DNA of 64,000 nucleotides from Haliotis rufescens (Eukaryota): NCBI RefSeq assembly GCF_023055435.1, contig NW_025964223.1, positions 39,680,001 to 39,744,000 of the forward strand, read 5' to 3'. Shown piece by piece: positions 1 to 9,360 of this stretch (position 1 is its first letter; each line of letters starts with the position of its first letter). The notes under the pieces were generated by a model. It saw only the letters and a program-made list of their open reading frames with translations, ran no database searches and was not told where the DNA came from. The position numbers and the translations under genes were made by a program.

Positions 1-271
1 TTAGGCCGGCAACGGTTGTTATCATGTCCCTGCCAGCGGTAGTTGCCATGACACTTTTACAACAGTAGCTGCTTTAGGCCAGCAGAGTGAGGTGCTCATT
101 GACATTGACAGTGGTAGTTGCCACAGTAGCTTTTTGTGTAATTAACTGGGAGTTTCGTAGCACCAGAACCTGCACACATTCAGCCCTTGTTGTTCTTATT
201 GGCAAGGGCATCCTGTGTGTGGTAACCCCCTCCCTTCTTTCCTCGGCATAACGTGCAACAACTGCTATTTG

Positions 272-1000
272 TTTCAGTGGATATGTTTGGTGGTGGTGAA
301 GGTGTGGCTATAAGGGGAGGTGGAGGCCACCTTTACTAGTAATTGTTTTCTTGTTTAAAAATATATACAAATATGTCATTAATTCAGTTTTACTGCACAA
401 CTTAGCATTCATAATGATTCACTGATGTTTTTATTTAAAATATTACATTAAAGAGGTACACACAACATGTATAATCTGCATGGTAAGTATATCAACAATG
501 TGCAGACTGCCTGTTGTTTATTTGAACTGCCAGTAATTACCATGATTACTGTTTTATATGTCAGTGAATATGTTTTGGTGGTGAAGGTGTGGCTATAAGG
601 GGAGGTGGAGGCCACCTTTACTAGTAATTGTTTGCTTGTTAAAAAATAAATACAAATATGTCTTTAAATCGGTTTTACTGTACAACTTAGCAGTCATAAT
701 GAATCACTGATGTTTACTGATAAAGTATTTCATAAAGCCAAGTTTACTTCACTTCTACATATCTCTCTTGCTGTTCATGTGATATTCTATTTGAAATATT
801 ACATTATAGAGGTACACACAACATGTATAATCTGCATGGTAAGTATATCAACAATGTGCAGACTGCCTGTTGTTTATTTGGTGTGCCAGCAATTACCATG
901 ATTACTGTTTTTTTTATTTCAGTGGATATGTTTTGGTGGTGAGGGTGTGGCTATATGGGGAGGTGGAGGCCACTTTAAGTTTTAAACAATGTATTTTTTT
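272..1000 (+). repeat. ~250-350-bp internal sub-repeat (TTTCAGTGGATATGTTTTGGTGGTGAAGGTGTGGCTATAAGGGGAGGTGGAGGCCAC core), 2-3 copies per unit
   Basis: Core at ~272, 561, 917; ~9925, 10257, 10506; ~25981, 26241; ~36396, 36618, 36876; ~45865, 46087, 46344; ~60262, 60603. Confidence 0.9.
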
Positions 1001-1649
1001 TCCCCTTGAAAAATGTGACACATAATAATTATGACAACTTCATTTTTATGGACTTAATAAATAGGATTTTAATTGTAGGCACAAGTTTGTCTTATGTTGT
1101 TATTCCCATAATCAGTGAGTGAGTGAGCTGAGTTAACTCTGCTTTAGCCAGTGTTTCAGTCATATCACAGTGTGTCTGCTCAAAGTGAAAGAGGTTGGTA
1201 GTGAGTTGGGTTTAACACGGCTTTCAACAGTACTCCAGTTGTATTGAGGAGTGTCAGTTCAATGTCGGAGGAAAGCCCGAGGCAATGCAGGTCTCAGACG
1301 TTTACTACTTTGGTGAAACTCACGAGCACTGGTATGATGCTGACAAACATAGAAACAATCGGAAGAAGGGTTCGAACCCATGATTATGAGTTCTGGCATG
1401 CCAAAGGGATGCAAATCTTCACAGGGAATTGCAGTGCCTTAGACGACTGGCTTCCCGTTCCTCTAAGAGGCTTGTAGAGGCTTCCCACTATTGAAATGCA
1501 TGAGCACTGGTATGAGGCTGACAAGTATATCTTTAATAGTCAATGAAACGTACATAAACTTCTAAAAAAATCGCCCTTGATTATTGCAACGAAGTGTCAA
1601 GTATACATGCTTGAATTCAAGGTGTCTTTAAAAATGTAGTTGACATTTA

Positions 1650-1842
1650 GGTCTTCAGCAACCGCTGCTTGCTTTAAAAGGCGATCATGCTTGTCGTAGG
1701 GGCGACTTACGGGATCTGCATGGTGGTCAGGCTCGCTGACTTGGTTGATGCATGTAATCGATCCCAATTGCGTGGATTGGTGCACATGATATCAATCGCT
1801 GCATCGTCTGCGGCGTTAAACAACAAACAAACAAACAAACAA
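1650..1842 (+). mobile_element. SINE-like short retroposon with (AAAC)n tail, internally deleted copy
   Basis: Homologous in reverse to 3105-3341. Contains CTTGTCGTA...GGCGACT and ends GCGGCGTTAAACAACAAACAAAC. Sister copies at ~18520-18728, 28140-28332, 48238-48445, 62512-62701; lost by deletion near 38685. Confidence 0.75.
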
Positions 1843-3104
1843 ATATTATACCTGGAAATTTGAAAAGAGGAGGAAACCGTGAGTACAGTGTTTTGGTGTG
1901 ATTCGCAAATTATCATTATAATTACAAAATAATTACAACGATGTTATACTAAACAAAATGCAATAAGACAAATAAATGTTAAATACAATCAATGAGTAAT
2001 ATATTTTACAATAACTACGGTAATTGTGTTTTCATATTAGCATAGTTTATAAACCTAACTCATATACAGAAAACACAGTGTGATATTGAAACAATACCAA
2101 ACATGTAACTATCATAGTCATACAGTATAAATGACACCAAAGGCTCCTAGTACATAGGGATTACAAGTGTGGGTGGAGGCTACGGAAGCAATAAACCATG
2201 ACACAGGCCACCTTTTACTCTAGGTTTACAAAATGTGAACGGTGGTTTGTCTGGTAGGCTAAACCTAGCCTATTAACGTACTCGGCGTTTACAATATACA
2301 ATACAACGTGATAATACAGTACAACAACCTAAACACAAGTAAACAAAACAAATAAACAAACATATGTTTGTACATTTGTAGCGCTAAAGGGAGATAATCA
2401 TTGCTAGATAATTTTCATGCATCCCTTGTAACAAGGGGATATTTTTCAGTATGAACTTTACTACTTCCCTGGTTACATAGCAGGTAATTCATAATAAAAT
2501 GCATTTTGATGAAATATAATCAGTTTCAATAGAACGTAGACTTGTATTTCCCTATCAGCATAGTATGTGATATTTGATATGCCTGATAGAACTATATAAC
2601 ATGGCAGTTACTTGGGTCTAAGGCTATAACTTGAAATATGTTATAGACATACATTTTACATATTCATCGAAAGCAAAGTGCACCTCGTATATGCAACATG
2701 ATTTTAATCAAATGAACAAATATAAATGCACCGATAAACCATTAAATAATGCACACACATATATAAAGTAAAAATAATGACTCTGTGAACCTGCTTACCT
2801 TGAACAGAGAAGGAACCTGTGAGCACAGTGTTTGGAAGTGACGTTAACGCGGCGATAAACACGAAAAAACAAGCCAAAGATGGAAAGAAATATAATCATC
2901 AATACTCTAAGTATATCACTGCTGCCTGGACATAATCGTCTGGGTAGAAGTCCCAGCGGTTGATACCATGAGCAATGATACAGCGGTCTTTTTACGACGA
3001 CGCACAATTAATAAGGTCATATTCACAGTCCAAAAGTCAGAAAACCTGAGTCCAACAATATACTTTTGTCTTGCAAGTTTGTATATGATAACAGTATGTC
3101 ATGT

Positions 3105-3341
3105 TTGTTTGTTGTTTAACTCCGCACTCAGCAATATTCCAGCCATATGACGGTGGTCTGTAAATAATCGAATCTGGACCAGACAATCCAGTGATTGATA
3201 ACATGAGCATGGATCCACGCAATTGGGATACGATGACATGCATCAACCAAGTCAGCGAGCCTGACCACCCGATCCCGTTAGTCGCCTCTTACGACAAGCA
3301 TGGGTGCAGAAGACGTATTCTAACCCGGATCTAGACGGGTC
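3105..3341 (-). mobile_element. SINE-like short retroposon, near full length, with (AAAC)n tail and TSD
   Basis: The minus strand starts GACCCG...GATCCGGGTTAGAAT, contains CATGCTTGTCGTAAGAGGCGACTAACGGGATC and ends in (AAAC)n. Flanked by direct repeat GTATGTCATGT (3094-3104 / 3343-3353). Sister copies at 19596-19846, 29200-29446, 39397-39667, 48814-49075. Confidence 0.8.
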
Positions 3342-6300
3342 GGTATGTCATGTAAGTGAGTGGGTGACTTTTAACGCCGCATTATACAGTATTTCAGTTA
3401 TACAAACGGCGTGTCTGCTCAGAATGGGAGGAAATCCAGAAGTGATGCAGGTCTGAGACTATTACATTTTGTAAAAGCCCACAATCACAGTGTGATATTT
3501 ACAAACCAAGGATATAATACTTGGGCCTATTTGGGATTCATTTTTTCAGAATATGAATTGTGTATATAAATAGGGGCGTGTTTATTTAATTATATGTATG
3601 TAACCATGGTGATTATGTTTCACTTTTACACACAAATATGAATGTAATCAGTCCCGCGTATACGGACTGCCGTATCGGAACCAATGGCGGCAAATGTAGG
3701 AAGTCGGCACTTCGAGTATAATAAAAGGATGAAGGTGACCCATTCGTCTAATGTACCGCAGGGTTATAGCCTCCCCCACACCCCAGCGTTAGAAACTAGC
3801 ACTAGTCCTGTAGTCCTTACCAAACTGCCCAATAGTAAAGGTATCCTAAGGACTAGTAGTAAATTGGCCCATTTTAAGGGTTTTGCTATATGTTATCATT
3901 ATAAGGACGAGTGGAAAAAAACTGCGAGCTTAATTTTATGTCGGTAAAAAAACCGAATGACACATTTTTTTAAATGATATTATTATTTCCTTGAACAGAA
4001 GTCAGTGTAGACTTAATGGCCACTGTTAACGTTAATATCTTGTATGTCAAGTTTTTTAAAAAAACACTCCCAGAAACTGTACGTATATTATGTACTCATT
4101 TCTTTCACCTGTTTCTATATTTAGATAATTCAGTTTAAATAATCAACCCAGACAGACAAGCATGGGGAACCACTTATACATCCGATCGTCTTTAGGCACT
4201 TTCTCAAATATTTTTCACAAAAGACTTTTGATACAGAGAACTGACTCTTGTATTATTTTGAATAATTTTCTTCAATCTTCATTGGCACCGTCATGTCACG
4301 TTTAACGTGAAAGAGACTAACTCCCAATATCGCAAACGATTGTCATTGATGTTGCGCGATAATTTGCGGGTCTTCGTGTGAACGAGTTGACTAGTTTCCT
4401 TTCCGCCAGGCTCCGTCTCTACATGTTACAAAGTTGACGCAGCGCACAGAGAGTCGGCACCCAGCAAGACATTTTATTTAAATGTAAGTTTTATTTTGCG
4501 ATTATGATTTAAATAATGTTCTACTGGATATAGAAGCATATTTCCATTCGTGAATACAAAAAAACCTTTTGGTTCAAATCTATTTCCGGTGTTGCTACGG
4601 TAACAGTTCAAAACAAGTTCAAGACCCGGCTCTTACGATTCTTCGTTGACAGAAGCGTATCGTTGCTATTTCAGTTGCTATTTTAACAGATTTCAGAGAC
4701 CTGTTTGAGTTCAAGTGCCTTCTTGTTTCTGCAGACAGGTTTGTAGATGTTATTTTGTATGAATTCCTTTTGGTTTCTCCCGAAATGTCTCTGGATTTGT
4801 GTTTGTTGGCATTGTAAACAAAACAGGCCATCTTTGACAACCAGCAAATATTCAACATTTTGAAGCCCATTTTGCTTACGTTTTCCTTTAGATTAGTGTT
4901 GTATTATCTATTCCTTCATTTACCAGCTTGTTTGCCTATCATATTTAGACGCACGTTGTAAGTATTTCGGTAATTCTGGAGCCACCACGATTGTTTTGAT
5001 ACCCAAATTGACCTCAATTCTGATCATGTTTATGAACGGCCCCACACAAAAACGTCATCGATTCACCTAAACCGCAGTCTGTGACTTTAGCCACCAGTCC
5101 GTAGCCCAAGTCTAGTAAACCTTTCTTTCAGTCTAGTAAGCTTTGCTAATAAAGGTCCATACATGAACACTAAGATCTACTGAAAATGATGGGGTGTTGC
5201 CTAAACCGTCATCGGTTTCTGTGGGCTAAAACGCTAAAGCTTTCTTTCGCAAAAAAGTCTAGGGAAGATCCATCAAACTGACAGGTTTTGGCAAGCAGCA
5301 AGTTACTGCCACAGGCTGTCATACGCACTGGGATATTTTCCATTCCCGTAATAGTTATGTGCTTTGGAAAATTGAGAATGATGTCTAAAGGTCTAATGAT
5401 ATTTTTAGTAAAATCTGGTTGGAATCCTTACTGCACTTCAAGTCCAGTATTCTTCCGTTTGGTCTAGGGATTTCCTAGACCTGCCCAGAGGCCGATATTT
5501 GACCCACATCTCTGTGGTCTGCTAAGGTCAGCTAATAGTTCTCCATATCATAACAGAAATACCCACTGAAATGATGCCAATAGACAATTGCAGGCCAGTA
5601 AACTGGGAATATATAAGGTGTATCAAAATTGGGCTGATCAAGTTTTGCACAGAAATATATTGTGCTTTACTAGGAAACTGACTTGTCAGTCAAAATGTCC
5701 GATTTCAAACTTCTTTCATTATTTAATGATGATACATGTGATATAGAAGAATGTCCTCTCAAAGGTTGATAAAATCATGAAAATTTACTGATGTCATTTA
5801 ATTGATATCTCAAATCAAAAGTCAGTAACTATGTCCAACGACTATGAATGTACATTACCAGTGACTACACATTTTTATGTACTTTTATGTTCTATTGAAG
5901 TTATTTCTTTCTTCCTCATTATTATTATTCTCATTATTCTCTTTCTTCTAAACAGATACTTTTTGTGGACTTGTTAAAATAAAGAATTATCACAATATTA
6001 TTAATTTCTCACCCTGTAACAGGTCCTAGGTTGTTTTTTTTATTACCTCATTGTCATTACTACATGCCTAGCAAGTGTGGGAGACATGTACTTTGCCGCT
6101 CACACTGTCTTCATAACGACTTTTGGTATTTAGCTTTTAGCCATGAAATATGCTTAAAGTTATAACATAAAAGCATCTTTCTATATAGAAAAGCCCACTT
6201 TATTTATACTGATAAAACATCAAGATGTTATAAGTAACTTCATGTCTGTCTTGTTGACAGGTTTCTGTTGTTGTGATCGATTATCTGGATTCTACAGTTT

Positions 6301-6690
6301 TTCCTGTGTTTCACCTTGATCTGGTGCAAAGATCAACTCTAGAGGTATTCTCATCTAAACAACACACATAATAATGACATGTCCCACTTCAAAACGCAAG
6401 AACTCTAGCTTTTACATTCATCAAGGCAGGGTTTTTTGATCGGTTCACTTTCCAAGACATGGATTGTCATCTAAAATGTCCAACAGATAGTTTTAAAATT
6501 TGGTATATATTTATATATAGTTGATAAAATGATGAAAATGTCCTCATGCCAATTGTCTCCATCAAAATCCCTGTATAAGTACACAATGTAAACCACTCAT
6601 GTAAACAAGCCTCAACAACAATACCTGTATTTTGTCCTTTGTGTGAAATGAATCTAAATAAATCCCACATTGATACTTCAGAGACACAAC

Positions 6691-7956
6691 ATGCTGTGTC
6701 CCAGTGAGAGTTGGGTGAACCTGGATGACCCTCCCTGCCCCGACACTGATGCTGTCATCCCCTCCTGTCCTACAATGAGGTCCACCAGCCTAATATGCCC
6801 CACCCCTAGATCCTCCATCTTCTACAACAGCATCCTACAACAGTTTGAACAACCTATTTCCTTCCCATCCTTCATCCCAAGCCAGTATCTGAATATTCAT
6901 AATGCAGGTTTTTTCAGTCCAAATACCAGTGTGCTTCATTCAGACTATCCTAACTTTACTTCTAACTGTACTGACACTAATGACCTTCCTTCTATGTTTC
7001 TATTAGAGAGTAGACATGTTTTCCCCAGCCGAAATCATACATCCCTCCCTGCCACCAGTGCAAGCATATTCCCAAGCCCATGTGATATGTCCCTCCCTGC
7101 TGGCACCAGTGCAAGCCAAACCTCAATCGTCGAAGAGTTTATTGCTGAACTCTCACCACCTCATTTCATGCCTGTTACTATTTGCAGTGAATCAAGCCTG
7201 AGTCAGAACATCAGCCAGACGTCATTGGGTTTAGATGTTTCCACCTTCCAGCCTCTTCAAGTTGAAAGCACATGCAGCCTACATCAAGATACAATCAGCC
7301 AGACGTCATTGGTCCCGGATTTCGATGTTTCCAGCTTCCAGCCTCTTCCAGTTGACAGTGAATGCAGCCTGGATCTCCCAACAATTAGCCAGACTTCATT
7401 GGGCCTGGATTTTGATGATTCTACATTCCAGCCGCTTCCAATTGATAGTGAATGCAGCATAGGTGAAGCAGCAATCAGCCAGGCATCATTGGGCCCAGAT
7501 TTCGCTGTTTCTCGCTTCCAGCCTCTTCCGGTCGACAGTGAATGCAGCCTGGATCTACCAACAATCAGCGAGACGTCATTGGGCCCAGATTTTGATGATT
7601 CAACATTCAGGAAGCTTCAGGTTGACAGTGCTTGCAGCCTAGATCAAGCATCAATCAGCCAGACGTCATTGGGCCCTGAGTTTCATGATGCCACCTTCAG
7701 GCTGTCTTCAGTTACCAGTGCATGCAGCCTAGATGAAGAAACAATCAGCCAGACGTCATTGGGCCCAGATTTGGATGATTCCATCTTCAGCAGTGAAAGC
7801 AACCTGTCACAAGACTACAACCAGACTTTGATGAAATCCATTGTCAGCCCTGTTCTTGGGAGCAGTGGTTCCAGCCTGTCTCGGACCATCAGCCAAGTAT
7901 CAAGTATTGAGGATTTCAGTGAATCCATCCTCATAGCCTATTCCTTTCAGCTGTGA
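6691..7956 (+). CDS. Orphan acidic Ser-rich 30-aa-repeat protein, long form (421 aa), copy 1
   Basis: 1266-nt ORF in AT-rich DNA, ATG in ACAACATG context 9 nt after a TACTTCAG acceptor-like site. About 7 repeats of ISQTSLGPDFDxSxFQPLPVDSECSLDxxT. All indels between copies are multiples of 3. No family recognised. Confidence 0.65.
   Translation: MLCPSESWVNLDDPPCPDTDAVIPSCPTMRSTSLICPTPRSSIFYNSILQQFEQPISFPSFIPSQYLNIHNAGFFSPNTSVLHSDYPNFTSNCTDTNDLPSMFLLESRHVFPSRNHTSLPATSASIFPSPCDMSLPAGTSASQTSIVEEFIAELSPPHFMPVTICSESSLSQNISQTSLGLDVSTFQPLQVESTCSLHQDTISQTSLVPDFDVSSFQPLPVDSECSLDLPTISQTSLGLDFDDSTFQPLPIDSECSIGEAAISQASLGPDFAVSRFQPLPVDSECSLDLPTISETSLGPDFDDSTFRKLQVDSACSLDQASISQTSLGPEFHDATFRLSSVTSACSLDEETISQTSLGPDLDDSIFSSESNLSQDYNQTLMKSIVSPVLGSSGSSLSRTISQVSSIEDFSESILIAYSFQL
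7207..7790 (+). repeat. Coding minisatellite, 90-bp period, ~6.5-7 units
   Basis: The CAATCAGCCAGACGTCATTGGGCCC motif recurs at 7292, 7382, 7472, 7562, 7652 and 7742, with an exact 90-bp spacing. Present in all five ORF copies. Confidence 0.95.
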
Positions 7957-8179
7957 ATCCAGTCACAAGATATCAGCCAGAATGAATGAAAGTTTTGGCA
8001 AGAGCTCAAAATATACTAAACATGTAAAAGCAGAAAGAAACAATTTACTATTACCATAACCCCCACACACACTTCTGCACTTTTAATGCCTGTTCTCATG
8101 TCGGGTTTCTTTTGTATTTCTACAGATTTCTTCCTTGAATTTGATTGTCTGCACCCCAAATACAACCTGCTGGAACCAT

Positions 8180-8330
8180 AATCTGATTCTGTGAAAGAGA
8201 TTTGTCAGTGACAAGATTCCCAGTCTAACTGGTAGCCAATGCAGTTCTTTCAGGACCGTAGTTGTGTGGTTGCCAATTAGGCATTGTGTGATGAGCCTGA
8301 CGCCTGTATTTAGCACACGATTTCTCGTGC
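8180..8330 (-). mobile_element. L2/CR1-group LINE ORF2 C-terminal relic
   Basis: Translates as HEIQCVLNTGVRLIT...HITPVLKELHWLPVR (best in sister copies), matching the L2-type LQxVQNxAARL...HITPVLxxLHWLPV motif. Copies at ~24445-24595, 34085-34235, 44380-44531, 53955-54105. Confidence 0.8.
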
Positions 8331-8361
8331 AAATGACTTTGCTGAATGTCCTGCATGAGAT

Positions 8362-8975
8362 ATTATTATTAGATTAAAGCACAAAATGCAGCAAATTGGG
8401 TTTGGGTGATCCTTGCACAGTCAGGCTGGTTAGGCTTATCATCAGCTCAGGGTTCTTGCCCCCTCTACACGCAGCCCAGACAGAAATGGGAATTCTTCCA
8501 GGAAGCACTGCCTAGTCAAACCCACTAAGAATGTTTTGGAGAAAGTGACACTCCTCAACACTGCAGCCTTCTGCAATACACATATTGTCAGAAGGGCTTT
8601 ATTCCCAGGAACAAACCTGGGTACTCTCCCAATTTCAGTCAACAGATTGGGAGGTACCAAACCTGAGGCACCGAGAACAATGAGGAGTTGGACAACTTGG
8701 TTCTTGGGATGTAAGCGTGACATTTCGAAAGCGAGGTCTGCATATTTGCCATGTTTTTCCTCCACCTTGTCAATCACATTGGTGTCAAAAGAGACAGAAA
8801 ATTCAATAACAAAAATGATTTCATTAGACTTCAAAAAGGTCCAGATCAGGTTTGTTGGCCTGGACAGGCGTGAGGCCTATTCCAAAGAATTTTGTATTGA
8901 TGATTTTCCATGACGCCCTTGCGGGTCTTACCATGGATGGACCTCTGTGTCAAAACCACCAGCATGGCAAAGATG

Positions 8976-9013
<38 letters not shown>

Positions 9014-9360
9014 TACTGGTTAAACAAAAAATGCAGCCAATTTAATTTGAGTAATCTGGCACAGTCAGGCTTGTTAGGCTCATCATCAGCTCAGGGTCCT
9101 TGCCTCCTCTACATGCAGCCCAGACAGCAAATGGGACTTCTCCCAGGAAGGGCTGCCAAGCCAAACCGTCCCAGAACATTTCTGAGAATGTTAAGACTCC
9201 CTAACACTGCAGTCTTCTGCATTACCCAGGGCTGTATTTCTGGCAACATACCCGGGTACTCTCCCAATGTCAGTCAACAGATTTGGAGGTACCAAACCTA
9301 AGGCACCAAGAACAATGGGGAGTCGGACATGTTGGTACTTGGGTTGCGAGCGTGCTACAT
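8362..9360 (-). mobile_element. Two head-to-tail 3' fragments of an R4-type non-LTR retrotransposon (RLE endonuclease end), degenerate
   Basis: Peptides ENHQYKILW...ANKPD...IEFSVPFD...EEKHGKYADLAFEMSRL...PIVLGALG...QKAAVLGSLNILRNVL match the PD-(D/E)xK restriction-like endonuclease C-terminus. Both fragments end in (TAA)n tails (8362-8370; 8977-9012). Sister copies ~24623-25410, 34264-35190, 44560-45436, 54134-59835 (the last split by the Gypsy). Confidence 0.8.

Noticed and set aside
4619-4870. Recurrent 83-aa minus-strand ORF (MGFKMLNICW...) as a gene
   Set aside because: It recurs only because the units are near-identical; it is frameshifted in unit 4 and has no recognisable motif.
7207-7790. 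Regularly spaced repeats as a CRISPR array
   Set aside because: The entire 90-bp unit is repeated with no unique spacers, it is in frame within an ORF, there are no cas genes and the context is eukaryotic.
6691-7956. Secreted shell-matrix or egg-coat repeat protein
   Set aside because: No signal peptide at the predicted start and no ZP-like or other known repeat signature. This would need revisiting if an upstream coding exon is found.
9060-9110. Hammerhead ribozyme from CTGATGA in the R4-type 3' UTR
   Set aside because: No correctly placed GAAA or supporting stems were found.
8852-9301. 149-aa ORF with a poly-Ile stretch as a membrane protein
   Set aside because: The poly-Ile is the (ATT)n retroelement tail and the rest is the antisense of the R4-type relic.
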